Assembly: GCA_902634185.1 (NCBI GenBank)
Contig: CACPJC010000001.1
Coordinates: 1-64,000, forward strand
DNA length: 64,000 nt
DNA from: an uncultured Candidatus Actinomarina sp.
GTDB taxonomy: Bacteria; Actinomycetota; Acidimicrobiia; Actinomarinales; Actinomarinaceae
Direction of reading: 5' to 3'
The stretch's first letter is position 1. Every line of letters begins with the position of its first letter. The notes below the pieces were generated by a model, which was not told where the DNA came from, ran no database searches, and was given only the letters and a program-made list of their open reading frames with translations. Of this stretch, positions 8,981 through 19,964 are shown one piece after another. The position numbers and the translations under genes are program-made.

Positions 8981-11155
8981 TTATTCTTCTTCATCTTTTG
9001 TAAATTCTGGGTACAAAACTCTTTGATGATAAAGTCCTTCCAAGCTTGCTTGAAATGACTGTTTAATTTTTTCAAGATCTTGGAAAGTTATAGGCGCATT
9101 TAGTAATTGACCATCGTTGATCTTTTCTTCAAAAATTTCATTTACTAAATTAGATATTTTTTCTTCATCGGCATCTTCATATTGAAATCTTGCTCTACAT
9201 GCTGCCTCCAGAGCGTCTGCAAACATTAAAATAACAGTTTCTTTTGAACTTGGCTTTTCTCCAAGGTGTCTAAAATCATCTTTTGTGACTTCTGGGTTTG
9301 TAAGTTTTTCTTTTTCATAAAAATATCTCATCACTGAATCACCGTGATGTTCGATTATCCCTCTGTAAACTGCTTCAGGGATTTTGAATTTTTTCGCTAA
9401 TTTCACACCATCTGTCACGTGTGATCTGATAATTTCTACTGATTCATTTGAAGATAAATTATCATGTGGATTGCTTGAACCAAACTGATTTTCTACAAAC
9501 ATTGAAGGGTTTTCAGTTTTTCCTAAATCGTGAAAGTAGGCCATAGCTCTTACTAGTTGTGAATTTGCACCTATGAGGTTTGCTGCTCTATCCCCAAGCG
9601 TTCCAACGACAAGAGAGTGATTGAATGTCCCTAAAGCTTTTTCTTCTAAATATCTCAGTCCTGGATGGTTTCTATCTGCAATTTCTGAAAGTCTAAAATT
9701 TGTAGTTAATCTAAATGCCAATTCAATATAATTTATTAGTGAAAATGCTGCTAAATTACCGACTAACCCTCCTAGTAAAGAAGATACAAAAATTTCAACA
9801 AAACTGAAATTTTCTCTTAGGAAAAAGAATATTCCAAAAGCAACCAGTGGTTGAGATAAAGTAATATATATTATTCTTTGCCTCAAAGTAATTCTGTCTA
9901 TATCCTCTGAGAGAAATATTGAGGGTACAACTGTAAGTACAGCTCCCATAGCAACAAGACCTATATTTCCTCCACCAGCGAGAGCTAACAATGAACTTGA
10001 AAGTGACAAAATAAGTGTTGCTCTTAAATTTAGTAAAACAGCTGAAACTACACCTACAAAAGAAATTGGAACAGCATATTTCAAATAATTTAAATCTAAA
10101 CTTTGAGAAAAATATGAAATACCTCTCAAAAATATTGATGAAATAAGAATCAGTGTTAATAACAATAAGAATTCATTGTTATTGTTCCACATAGAATCTT
10201 TAAATCTCCATAATAAGAAATAAATTAGAACAAAAACTGAAAAGATTATTGGTATTGCTGCAGTTTGTATACTTCTTGACTCCCCTGATAAATATCCAAA
10301 ATTATCTAATGCGTTGTATTGGACAGGGTTAATTTTTTCACCCTCACTAACTACTATGTCTTCTTCAAAATATTTAATAATTACAGGATCAATTGAATCT
10401 GCAACTTTTTGTTTTTGCTCATCCCATAGTTCTTGTTCAAGTTTTTGATTGACTGTTAAATTTTCTGCTATTAATTCTGCAACAGAAGATCTTAATCTAC
10501 TTTCTGGGATTAATGCGAATAACTCACTTGATAGATCTAAATATGGTGGATTTGATACAAGATTCTGTCTTGTTTGGTTTAAATTATCATTGTTGATACC
10601 AACTTGGAGAATGTCACTTGCTAAGCTTTTTGCTTCAAGTTCTAACTGAGAAAGATATCCTGTTTTGTTTAATAAATCATAATTTGATATCTCAACAAGG
10701 ACTTCGATATTCGCCGTTGAAATTGTTGAGAACAATAATGAACTTGCAATTTTTTCTATCTGCTGAATTTTATTTAACCCAACAACCTCAACTACTGGTT
10801 CCGTACTCTCACCAACTGTATCTTGATCACTTGATACTAGGACTTCTTCTGTTCTTGCCTCAATGACTGTCAAAAACATACTTGTAATTCCATTTAAAAC
10901 CGTTTGATTAAGATCTGTATTTATTGAATATATTGGATTAACTGAATCAACAGCTTTGGCGATATTTTCATCAGTTTGCTCTTCATCCACAATTTCTATA
11001 TATTTTGGAGCAACAAATGTTGAAGGTGATTCCTCTCCAATACTAATTTTTATTACTTGATTTTCAGGAAATATTGAGAATGAAATAAACCACACTAAAC
11101 CACCAAAAATTGCAATGTATAAAAGTTTTACACCAAAAGAAAAGTAATTTCTCAT
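8981..11155 (-). CDS. 7TM-HD phosphohydrolase (PgpH-like cyclic-di-AMP phosphodiesterase family)
   Basis: Extracellular domain plus 7TM; GTFNHS, YFHDLGK, IIEHHG, ADALEAA; phoH-HD-ybeY synteny. Confidence 0.88.
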   Translation of the reverse strand: MRNYFSFGVKLLYIAIFGGLVWFISFSIFPENQVIKISIGEESPSTFVAPKYIEIVDEEQTDENIAKAVDSVNPIYSINTDLNQTVLNGITSMFLTVIEARTEEVLVSSDQDTVGESTEPVVEVVGLNKIQQIEKIASSLLFSTISTANIEVLVEISNYDLLNKTGYLSQLELEAKSLASDILQVGINNDNLNQTRQNLVSNPPYLDLSSELFALIPESRLRSSVAELIAENLTVNQKLEQELWDEQKQKVADSIDPVIIKYFEEDIVVSEGEKINPVQYNALDNFGYLSGESRSIQTAAIPIIFSVFVLIYFLLWRFKDSMWNNNNEFLLLLTLILISSIFLRGISYFSQSLDLNYLKYAVPISFVGVVSAVLLNLRATLILSLSSSLLALAGGGNIGLVAMGAVLTVVPSIFLSEDIDRITLRQRIIYITLSQPLVAFGIFFFLRENFSFVEIFVSSLLGGLVGNLAAFSLINYIELAFRLTTNFRLSEIADRNHPGLRYLEEKALGTFNHSLVVGTLGDRAANLIGANSQLVRAMAYFHDLGKTENPSMFVENQFGSSNPHDNLSSNESVEIIRSHVTDGVKLAKKFKIPEAVYRGIIEHHGDSVMRYFYEKEKLTNPEVTKDDFRHLGEKPSSKETVILMFADALEAACRARFQYEDADEEKISNLVNEIFEEKINDGQLLNAPITFQDLEKIKQSFQASLEGLYHQRVLYPEFTKDEEE

Positions 11156-12087
11156 TATTTCTTAGGAAATACCTCTAATATTTTTGAAACAATAGGATTT
11201 CTGACAATATCAGCATTATCAAATTCCATGACAGATATTTCATCAATATTAGAAAGTGCTTTTCTTGTTCTTTTTAGACCTGAGTTGTCAGTATTATAAA
11301 GATCTATTTGTGATTCATCACCGGTGATAATTACTTTAGAATTCTCTCCTAGTCTTGTTAGAAACATTTTTATTTGTCCTGAGGTAGCATTTTGTGCTTC
11401 ATCAAGAATAATACATGCGTTGTTTAAAGTTCTACCTCTCATGTAAGCGAGTGGAACGATTTCAATATTTCTTTTTTCGATTAAATACTCCAGGTTTTCA
11501 TTTCCAAAAAAGTACTCTAAAGAATCAAATAATGGTACCAAGTAGGGATCAATTTTTTGAGATAAGTCACCTGGTAAAAATCCTAATTTTTCTCCTGCTT
11601 CTACTGCTGGCCTAGTAAGAACAATTTTCTTTATCTCGTCTTCAGAGTACATTTTTACTGCACTAGCAACTGCTAAAAATGTTTTTCCTGTTCCAGCAGG
11701 TCCAACCCCAAATGTGACAGTTGAATTCATAATTGTATCTATATATTTGTATTGACTCACATTTTTAACTTTTATGGACTTATTATTTGTAATGCTTATT
11801 GTGCTTAATTTTTTTCCATTACCATTTAATGTCCCATTCATATTCATCAAAAGTTCGATATCAGGTATGTCGACAGTCTGATTATTTTGATTTAGAGCAA
11901 CCATTTCATCGATTAAACTGACTAGTTTTTCTACCCTATCCTTGTTTCCCTCTATATATAAAATGTTGCCCCTCGCATTAATTTTTAATGCCGGAAAAAT
12001 TTTTTTTATATATTTTAAATTATTGTCATTAATTCCAAACAAATTAATTAATTCAATATTATTCGGTATGACTTTTTCAACAACCAT
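11155..12087 (-). CDS. phoH: PhoH family ATPase
   Basis: GPAGTGKT, RPAVEAGEKLGFLPG, YMRGRT, DEAQN. Confidence 0.96.
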   Translation of the reverse strand: MVVEKVIPNNIELINLFGINDNNLKYIKKIFPALKINARGNILYIEGNKDRVEKLVSLIDEMVALNQNNQTVDIPDIELLMNMNGTLNGNGKKLSTISITNNKSIKVKNVSQYKYIDTIMNSTVTFGVGPAGTGKTFLAVASAVKMYSEDEIKKIVLTRPAVEAGEKLGFLPGDLSQKIDPYLVPLFDSLEYFFGNENLEYLIEKRNIEIVPLAYMRGRTLNNACIILDEAQNATSGQIKMFLTRLGENSKVIITGDESQIDLYNTDNSGLKRTRKALSNIDEISVMEFDNADIVRNPIVSKILEVFPKK

Positions 12088-12428
12088 TAGAAAGCCTTCA
12101 ATTTTTCTCCTCCAATTAAATGGAGATGTATATGATAAACAGTCTGTCCACCATCATCATTAGTGTTAAATATTAATCTATAGCCACTCTCATCTATTTC
12201 ATATTTTTTTGCTAAATCTTTAGCTACTTGTATCATCTTTCCTACTAACAATGTGTCCTCATCAGATAAATTATTTATTGTATTTATTCTTTTTTTGGGA
12301 ATTATTAGAAGATGAATTCTAGCAACAGGATTTATGTCTTGAATTGAAAATATATCGTCATCTTCGTAAATTATTTCTGATTCTATTTCTTTATTTAGAA
12401 TCATCTCAAATACTGATTTTTCTACCAT
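12087..12428 (-). CDS. HIT family nucleotide-binding protein
   Basis: GQTVYHIHLHLIGG histidine triad. Confidence 0.95.
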   Translation of the reverse strand: MVEKSVFEMILNKEIESEIIYEDDDIFSIQDINPVARIHLLIIPKKRINTINNLSDEDTLLVGKMIQVAKDLAKKYEIDESGYRLIFNTNDDGGQTVYHIHLHLIGGEKLKAF

Positions 12429-12436
12429 ATTATATT

Positions 12437-13069
12437 TTACATCAATAAGGATACACCAAGTATTGAGGCTGTCTCTGTTCTTAAGGTAAAATCACCAATA
12501 TTTGATAGGTATTTAAATTTATCTTTCTCGCTATTAGACCAGCCACCTTCAGGGCCAATAGCTATGTTTTTCATACTGTTGTTTTCTTTAATATGTTTAC
12601 CAGTAATATCTAGACCGTGATTAAATTTTTCAAAATCCAAATTATTTGAAATAAATATATCTGGCTTAAATGCGTTTCCTGATTGCTCTACTGCTGAGAT
12701 AGACCACATATTAAACTTATCTAAATCACCTTTTATTTTTTGTGAATGATCTGTAGGGCCGAAACTAATTGAACTTACAGATAGCTCCGTTAATTTCTCA
12801 ACAATAAAACGAAGCCTATCTTTATCTTGAATGAAAGAAATAAATACATCAATATCATTTTTTCTTTCAAATTCTTGATTAGATTTTAATGAAACAACAT
12901 TTCCTTCTAAGTTTCCAAAATAAATTTTTCCTTTCCCATTTGATATCTTTATTTCATCCATATCTTTAATCCTCAAAACATTTTTTAAATGATGTAATTT
13001 TTCATCAGAAAGTTGTAACTCTTTGAAAGTATCTAATATATTTGAATCAAAAACTGTAGGGGTATGCAT
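12437..13069 (-). CDS. rsmE: 16S rRNA m3U1498 methyltransferase (compact)
   Basis: HHLKNVLR, EKLTEL, IGPEGGW, LRTETA. Confidence 0.93.
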   Translation of the reverse strand: MHTPTVFDSNILDTFKELQLSDEKLHHLKNVLRIKDMDEIKISNGKGKIYFGNLEGNVVSLKSNQEFERKNDIDVFISFIQDKDRLRFIVEKLTELSVSSISFGPTDHSQKIKGDLDKFNMWSISAVEQSGNAFKPDIFISNNLDFEKFNHGLDITGKHIKENNSMKNIAIGPEGGWSNSEKDKFKYLSNIGDFTLRTETASILGVSLLM

Positions 13070-13070
13070 A

Positions 13071-14849
13071 CTATTGTTTTAAAAACTCTTTAAAAGCCTC
13101 TTTGGGTACTTCTACCCTTCCAATGCTTCTCATCTTTTTCTTACCTTCTTTTTGCTTTTCTAAAAGTTTTCTCTTTCTAGAAACATCTCCTCCATAAAGT
13201 TTTGCAGTAACATCCTTTCGAAGGGCTTTTACAGTTTCTCTAGATATAATTCTTGAACCTATCGCAGCTTGAATTGGTATATCAAATTGTTGACGTGGGA
13301 TTAGATCAGCTAATTTTTTTACCCTATTTCTCCCAACATATTCTGCGCTGTCTTTTGAAAGAATCGAACTAAATGAATCTACCACCATACCATTAACAAG
13401 AATATCTAGTTTGACCAAACTTCCGTCTTCAAATCCTAAAATTTTATAGTCAATTGATGCAAAACCCTGTGAGATCGATTTAAGTGAATCATAAAATCCT
13501 GAGACTAGTTCTAGCAGAGGAAGCTTATATTTAAGCTTGACCATTGTCGTACTTAGGTAAGTTAGATCTTCCTGTATGCCTCTTTTATCATTTAAGAGCG
13601 TCAAAATTGCACCAAGATACTCTTTTGGAAATAATAAATCTACTTCACAAATTCTCTCTTGTAATTTTTTTATATCAGTATATTCATCAAGAATAGATGG
13701 GTTTCTTATAACTCTTTCTTCGTCGTTATTCCTTATAAGCTTAAACTCAACTGATGGTGGGGTCACAATCAAAGATAAGTCGAATTCTCTCTCTAATCGT
13801 TCAATAACAATCTCTAAATGCAAAAGGCCCAAAAATCCACATCTAAATCCAAATCCGAAGGCAGAAGAAGTTTCTGGTTCAAAAACAAAGCTTGCATCAT
13901 TCAATACATATTTATCCAACGATTCCCTTAGTTTTGTAAAATCATCAGAGTCTGAAGGAAATATACTCGAAAAAACTGTAGGTTGAGATTCTTCATATTC
14001 TGACAATATTATTGGCTTCTCATCTTCTCCAGTGACTAAAGTGTCTCCAACTCTTATTTGAGATAAATCTTTAGCACCAGTAACGATGTATCCGACTTCG
14101 CCAAAGTTTAAACTATCAGATTTCTGTAAGTTCAAATCAAAATATCCGATATCATTTGCGTCAAATTTAAATCCTGAATTAACAAGCTTTAAATTCATAT
14201 CTTTTTTAATCTCGCCACCAAATACCCTTACTGAAGCTACAACTCCTTTGTAAGAATCAAAGTATGAATCAAAAATTAGTGCATTTACCTTATCGGATTT
14301 CTCAATTGGAGCAGTTATTAAGTTTGGAATTTCTGATATAAGTTCTGAAACTCCATCTCCAGTTTTTGCAGAAATATTAAAAATTTCTTCATCCTTAGAG
14401 CCAATTAGATTGTGTATTTGTTGAGATACATTTGATATATCAGCATCAACAGAATCTATTTTGTTAATGACAGGAATAATATCTAATCCAGCTTCAATAG
14501 CTGCATAGGAATGTGCAAAAGTCTGAGCTTGTACACCTTTTGTTCCATCTACAAGTAATAATGCTCCATCACAAGCAATTAAAGCTCTGGAAACTTCATA
14601 AGAAAAATCTACGTGTCCAGGTGTATCAATTAAGTTTATAATTAAATCATCAAAGATTAATCTGATCGGTTGCGATTTAATGGTAATACCTCTTTCTCTC
14701 TCAAGATCCATGTTGTCCAGAATTTGGTCATTATGATCACCAGGAGTAATCAATCCAGATAATTCGATAAGCCTGTCAGCTAAAGTAGATTTACCATGAT
14801 CAACATGTGCAATAATCGAAATATTTCTTATATTTTTATTTGTTAACAT
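13071..14849 (-). CDS. lepA: Elongation factor 4
   Basis: AHVDHGKSTLAD, RGITIK, DTPGH, GFRCGFLGLLH, LEKQKEGKKKM. Confidence 0.98.
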   Translation of the reverse strand: MLTNKNIRNISIIAHVDHGKSTLADRLIELSGLITPGDHNDQILDNMDLERERGITIKSQPIRLIFDDLIINLIDTPGHVDFSYEVSRALIACDGALLLVDGTKGVQAQTFAHSYAAIEAGLDIIPVINKIDSVDADISNVSQQIHNLIGSKDEEIFNISAKTGDGVSELISEIPNLITAPIEKSDKVNALIFDSYFDSYKGVVASVRVFGGEIKKDMNLKLVNSGFKFDANDIGYFDLNLQKSDSLNFGEVGYIVTGAKDLSQIRVGDTLVTGEDEKPIILSEYEESQPTVFSSIFPSDSDDFTKLRESLDKYVLNDASFVFEPETSSAFGFGFRCGFLGLLHLEIVIERLEREFDLSLIVTPPSVEFKLIRNNDEERVIRNPSILDEYTDIKKLQERICEVDLLFPKEYLGAILTLLNDKRGIQEDLTYLSTTMVKLKYKLPLLELVSGFYDSLKSISQGFASIDYKILGFEDGSLVKLDILVNGMVVDSFSSILSKDSAEYVGRNRVKKLADLIPRQQFDIPIQAAIGSRIISRETVKALRKDVTAKLYGGDVSRKRKLLEKQKEGKKKMRSIGRVEVPKEAFKEFLKQ

Positions 14850-14888
14850 CTTTAATAAGTTATTATCTTATATACCAAGAGGTTTTAG

Positions 14889-15125
14889 ATGGCAAATATT
14901 AAATCCCAAAAAAAGAGAATAAGACAAGACGAGAAGAAAAATCTTAGAAATAAGGACAAAAAAACAGCTCTAAGAACATCAATTAAAGCTATATTAAATT
15001 CAGAAAGTGATGTTGAAAAAGAACAGAAAGATACTGTAATCAAAAATTTAGATAGAGCTTATTCCAATGGAATAATAACTAAAAATTATAGAGATAGAAA
15101 TAAATCCCGAATTTCAAAACTGTAA
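14889..15125 (+). CDS. rpsT: 30S ribosomal protein S20
   Basis: MANIKSQKKR start; position between lepA and holA. Confidence 0.95.
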   Translation: MANIKSQKKRIRQDEKKNLRNKDKKTALRTSIKAILNSESDVEKEQKDTVIKNLDRAYSNGIITKNYRDRNKSRISKL

Positions 15126-15791
15126 TAGATTTTTTATAGAAACCACAAAACGTTTCGCATTTTCTTGATTAAATGAAGAATTAGTATTTAATTTTTCAAT
15201 CTTATAAATCATACTTAAAGAATTTTCTAAATGAATGACATTTAACTTGTCTCTTCTTTTTTGAGCAAGCTCATACTTATAATCTACTTTTTCAGAAAGT
15301 ACTTCTGCGACTTTTTTTTCATCATATTTATAAATTAATAACAATCTTTGAAGCTCTTTGTTGAAGTACGACAAGAATTGTCTAAATACTGTCTCGTCAT
15401 TACAGAATTTATCAATAATTTCATTTGTTAATTTTTTTTGCTTTGAAAAAATAATATTTACCAAGTCCCAAGGGTAAATCTCAGTACTTTTTTTGTTTTC
15501 TGGATAATGTGTTTCAATTAATTCAGCAACAGCTGAGAATGTTTTTAAATTATTTTTTTTAACTTGAAAAATATACTTCTCATTAAAATCATAATTCATT
15601 TTTTTTAAATCACTGTATGTTACGAAACTATCTGATACAAATTGGAAATTATCACTTTGGAATAATGCTGCAGTATTGTTAGCGGTAAATTCTTCTTGAG
15701 AAATTGATACAATACTTTCATCGATATTTATTTCAGATTTTATTTGGTTGATATCTGAAATTAAGTTTTCTGTAATTATTAATTTTGTCAC
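15114..15791 (-). CDS. Highly divergent protein at the DNA polymerase III delta (HolA) locus
   Basis: Synteny (leuS - X - rpsT convergent); PWDLVN and helical C-terminus weakly recall HolA; no strong motif. Confidence 0.5.
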   Translation of the reverse strand: MTKLIITENLISDINQIKSEINIDESIVSISQEEFTANNTAALFQSDNFQFVSDSFVTYSDLKKMNYDFNEKYIFQVKKNNLKTFSAVAELIETHYPENKKSTEIYPWDLVNIIFSKQKKLTNEIIDKFCNDETVFRQFLSYFNKELQRLLLIYKYDEKKVAEVLSEKVDYKYELAQKRRDKLNVIHLENSLSMIYKIEKLNTNSSFNQENAKRFVVSIKNLLQF

Positions 15792-18230
15792 TTATTGAAC
15801 TATATTAATTAATTTATCTTTAATAAATATTACTTTTTTGGCATTTGAAAAATCAATATCAAAATTAGTAGTACAAATTTCTTTAACTTCATCTTCTTCA
15901 ATTCCTGTGTTAACGATTAATGCGTGCCTCTTCTTTCCATTTATTTGAATCACAAGTTCATAAACAGGATTCTCTAGTTTTGTTTCATCAAAAGTTGGCC
16001 ATTTCTCCTGACTTATATCACTATCAAAATAATCTTGGAATATTTCCGAAGCAATATGTGGGGACATTGGGTATAAAAGGATTAATATATTTCGTAAAAT
16101 TGAATCTTTTAGATCTATCTGAATCGTATTATCTTCCTTGAGATAATCGCTTAAGTCATTGTTTAATTTCATAAGATCAGATACCGCTGTATTAAACTCA
16201 AATTTCTCAAGATGTTGAGTAATAGATTTTATTGTTTGATTAATTTTTCTCTCAATTTCTTCATCTTTTGAACTAAAAGTATCAGAGGTGTCTTTTTGAT
16301 CAATAATTTTGACCATATTATCCCAGAACTTATTTAAGAATCTCTTAGTTCCTTCTATACCACCATCATTCCATTCAACCCCATCGCTAGGAGGTGCCAT
16401 AAAAAGAATATATAATCTTAATGCGTCAGCCCCATGAGTTGCAAAATATGATTCTGGATCAACAATATTTCCCTTTGATTTTGACATCTTTGCCCCACCA
16501 AAGTTAATCATCCCCTGAGAGAAAAGATTATGAAATGGTTCATCAATTTTCATAAAACCAAGATCCCTCAAGGCTCTTACAAAAAACCTTGAATAAAGAA
16601 GGTGAAGAATAGCATGTTCGACACCACCTATATATTGATCAACAGGTAACCATTCATTTATAAAATCAGATTCGAAAGGTTCATTATCGTTCTTTGGGTC
16701 TAAGAATCTCATGTAATACCAGGATGAATCTACAAAAGTATCCATGGTGTCAGTTTCACGTAGAGCTTTCTTAGAACATTTTGGGCAATCAGTTTCAACA
16801 AATTCTTTGCTCTTGGACAAAGGAGATCCATCTGTATTTATATAATCTTGAATTTCTGGAAGTAATACTGGTAAATTTTCATATTTTTCTGGTAATAATC
16901 CACAGTCTTCACAATTGATTAATGGAATTGGACAGCCCCAATACCTCTGTCTACTGATTAACCAATCTCTCAAACGATATGTTGTTTTTTCATCACCAAT
17001 CTTATTTTTTACTAAAAAGTCATTTATCTTTTTACTTGCCTCTTCGTGAGAGCCTAAGTCATTGAACTTTTCAGAATTGATAAGGACTCCATTACCTGTA
17101 AAGGCTTCATTGTCTACATTTATTGTTTTTTCTTTATCTATAATTACCTGTCTAATTTCAATATCATATTTTTTTGCGAATTCATAATCTCTTTCATCGT
17201 GAGCTGGAACTGCCATAATCGCACCAGTTCCATAATTCACAAGAACATAGTCAGCTATCCATAAAGGTACTTCCTCATTTGTGATTGGATTCATAACTTT
17301 CAAAGTGGTATCTACTCCAGTTTTTTCTTTTGTAATAGACATTCTCTCGAATTCTGACTTATTTACAATTGAGTCTAAATAATTTTGTATCTCATCTTTT
17401 TTATCAGATTGCTTCATAATTTCATTAATTAATTCGTGCTCTGGAGATATGACAGCAAAAGTCATCCCAAACAATGTATCAGGTCTTGTTGTGAAAACAT
17501 CAAAAGTAAGGTCTGTTCCAATTATGTTTAATTCAAATTGAGAGCCTTCAGATTTTCCAATCCAGTTTCTTTGCATCGTCTTCACGTTTTCTGGCCAATC
17601 ACCAATCTCATCAAGGCCTTGTAATAATTCTTCAGAATATTCGGATATCTTCAGAAACCATTGGTTTAAATTTTTTGGCTCTACAGCTGTATCACATCGC
17701 TCACAAGAGCCCTCTATAACTTGTTCATTAGCTAGAACTGTTCTGCATGAATTACACCAATTTACTGGTGCGTCCTCCTTGTAAGCCAAATCATTTTCAA
17801 ACAACTTTATAAATAGATATTGAGTCCATTTGTAATAATCAACAGAGTGGGCTGCAACTTCCCTATCCCAATCATATAAAGAACCTAATCTAATAATTTG
17901 AGATTTCATATTAGTAATTCTCTCTTCCGTAAATTCTCTTGGATGAATACCAGTTTTAATTGCTGCATTTTCGGCAGGAAGGCCAAATGAGTCCCAGCCC
18001 ATAGGAGATAAAACATTGAAGCCATTCATTTGTTTATATCTAGTAATAACATCACCAATCGTATAGTTCCTTATATGTCCCATATGCAGATCTCCAGAGG
18101 GATATGGGTACATACAAAGGTTGTAAAATTTTGGTTTGTCAGATTTTAAATCACACTTAACAGTTTCACTATTTTCCCAGTGATCCTGCCATTTCTTTTC
18201 TATTTTTTTATATTCAAATTGACTGTTCAT
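15792..18230 (-). CDS. leuS: Leucine--tRNA ligase
   Basis: [33 protein letters not shown]. Confidence 0.98.
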   Translation of the reverse strand: MNSQFEYKKIEKKWQDHWENSETVKCDLKSDKPKFYNLCMYPYPSGDLHMGHIRNYTIGDVITRYKQMNGFNVLSPMGWDSFGLPAENAAIKTGIHPREFTEERITNMKSQIIRLGSLYDWDREVAAHSVDYYKWTQYLFIKLFENDLAYKEDAPVNWCNSCRTVLANEQVIEGSCERCDTAVEPKNLNQWFLKISEYSEELLQGLDEIGDWPENVKTMQRNWIGKSEGSQFELNIIGTDLTFDVFTTRPDTLFGMTFAVISPEHELINEIMKQSDKKDEIQNYLDSIVNKSEFERMSITKEKTGVDTTLKVMNPITNEEVPLWIADYVLVNYGTGAIMAVPAHDERDYEFAKKYDIEIRQVIIDKEKTINVDNEAFTGNGVLINSEKFNDLGSHEEASKKINDFLVKNKIGDEKTTYRLRDWLISRQRYWGCPIPLINCEDCGLLPEKYENLPVLLPEIQDYINTDGSPLSKSKEFVETDCPKCSKKALRETDTMDTFVDSSWYYMRFLDPKNDNEPFESDFINEWLPVDQYIGGVEHAILHLLYSRFFVRALRDLGFMKIDEPFHNLFSQGMINFGGAKMSKSKGNIVDPESYFATHGADALRLYILFMAPPSDGVEWNDGGIEGTKRFLNKFWDNMVKIIDQKDTSDTFSSKDEEIERKINQTIKSITQHLEKFEFNTAVSDLMKLNNDLSDYLKEDNTIQIDLKDSILRNILILLYPMSPHIASEIFQDYFDSDISQEKWPTFDETKLENPVYELVIQINGKKRHALIVNTGIEEDEVKEICTTNFDIDFSNAKKVIFIKDKLINIVQ

Positions 18231-19320
18231 ATACTTTTACTAATTCTGGAAATATATTTTCCTTACTTGATTTTTCTAATTTCTTTTCAATATTAAACAA
18301 TTTTTTCTGTATTAATTCAATATTGTTTTCTAAATCTTGAATAGATGAAGCTATTGAATGCGATAATCCATTCACATCATCAAATAAATAACCTGTGTCT
18401 TCGTCAATATAATTTGTCATTGGCAAAATATTTCTTGTTATGCAAATCTTTGAGAAACTCATGGCTTCGAGTAGTACCAAACCTAAACCCTCTGAAAATG
18501 ATGGAAATACAAAAATGTCTATATTATTAAAAAATTCTTCCCTGTTTTCTATATATCCAAGAAAATTAACGTTTTCAATATTGTCTTTTTCAATCATATT
18601 TCTTAATTTCTCTAAATACTCATCGGTCCCACTTCCAGCAATCATTAATTTAAAATCAAGTGATTTAAGCTCGTCTGAATTAAGCGCATCAATTAAGTCT
18701 TCTATCCCTTTATTTACATTTAGTCTTCCAAGAAATCCAAGGGTTATTCTATCTTTTTTTACAATGGTTCCAGAATTTTTGATGTCTATCCAGTAAGGTA
18801 TAACAACAACATTCAGTTCATGATTAAGATTTTCAATCCAACTTTTTACTTCCTCAGAAATCGCGATTATCGAAAAAGCAGATTGCCAATGTTTAGAGAG
18901 TCTCTTCATAAAGTATTTTCTTAGGTTATTACTTAAACTACCTTTTTCTAAATAGGTATCATATTTTCCATGAACACTTACAATCCATTTAATTTTTTTG
19001 GATAAATATTTTTTTGTTCTGTAAACCATATAATCGCTACGAGGTTGATGTGAATGAATAATATCAAATTTTTCATTTTTGAATTTTGAATACATAGAAA
19101 AATATGAAAATATATTAAACATTCTAGGACCATTAAGTCTTGTAATGTTAATGCCACTTTTAAGTAGTTCGCTTTCTATTGAATATGATTCAGTGCTATC
19201 TTCACCAATAACAGTTACATGGACATCCATCCCATCATTTAGCTGTGCATTGATTAGGTCCAACAAATGCGATTCAGCACCTCCCCTATTTAAAGAATTG
19301 ATAACATGACAAATTTTCAT
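18214..19320 (-). CDS. Glycosyltransferase family 4 (GT-B)
   Basis: GGAE N-terminus, [23 protein letters not shown]; ATGA overlap with upstream stop favours start at 19320. Confidence 0.92.
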   Translation of the reverse strand: MKICHVINSLNRGGAESHLLDLINAQLNDGMDVHVTVIGEDSTESYSIESELLKSGINITRLNGPRMFNIFSYFSMYSKFKNEKFDIIHSHQPRSDYMVYRTKKYLSKKIKWIVSVHGKYDTYLEKGSLSNNLRKYFMKRLSKHWQSAFSIIAISEEVKSWIENLNHELNVVVIPYWIDIKNSGTIVKKDRITLGFLGRLNVNKGIEDLIDALNSDELKSLDFKLMIAGSGTDEYLEKLRNMIEKDNIENVNFLGYIENREEFFNNIDIFVFPSFSEGLGLVLLEAMSFSKICITRNILPMTNYIDEDTGYLFDDVNGLSHSIASSIQDLENNIELIQKKLFNIEKKLEKSSKENIFPELVKVYEQSI

Positions 19321-19964
19321 AATCTTGGAGTTATCCATGTAGATTTTGGAGGAAACAGAGAGTCGTTTTCTACAATTTCAGATACTTTTATGGGGGTAAA
19401 ATTTACAATTATTTCATCATTAGTTTTATTTTCATCCACCGCTGAGCTTATATACTCGTTAACGTAACAGAAATTTTTAAATTCATAAAGTTGATAAATG
19501 TCCAAAATTTCCTCATTGAAAAACTTAACATCATCTACTGAAACATAGAATTTTGAAGAGACATTGTTTGAAAAATTATAATTCTCAAGAATTTCCTCAA
19601 ATTCTTTTTTTCTAATTATTAAACGTGATGGGTAAGAAAGAATTTCTACATCATCAATTGAAATAAGTACTAATTCAATTGATTTGTCAATATCATTTCT
19701 TTTCAAGTATTCATATCGATGATGTCCATCTAACAAAATCATTTTCTTTCCTTTTAAATCATTTATATTTCTGATATTTGTTATATTCATATCAATTCCA
19801 AATAAAAGTGGTTCAAAAGATTCTTCCATGTTTTCAATTGGGAAATTTATTTCTTCATGGGTCTTTATCTCGATAAAGTCAGTATTTGAAAAATTAATTT
19901 CAAGTTTTAGACCTTCAACATCGTAGTTTTCAAATTGATAAACTGTGAAGTTATTATTTTCCAT
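19317..19964 (-). CDS. Short DUF1015/ParB-Srx-fold protein
   Basis: LLDGHHRYE and C-terminal [12 protein letters not shown]; follows serC. Confidence 0.75.
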   Translation of the reverse strand: MENNNFTVYQFENYDVEGLKLEINFSNTDFIEIKTHEEINFPIENMEESFEPLLFGIDMNITNIRNINDLKGKKMILLDGHHRYEYLKRNDIDKSIELVLISIDDVEILSYPSRLIIRKKEFEEILENYNFSNNVSSKFYVSVDDVKFFNEEILDIYQLYEFKNFCYVNEYISSAVDENKTNDEIIVNFTPIKVSEIVENDSLFPPKSTWITPRL

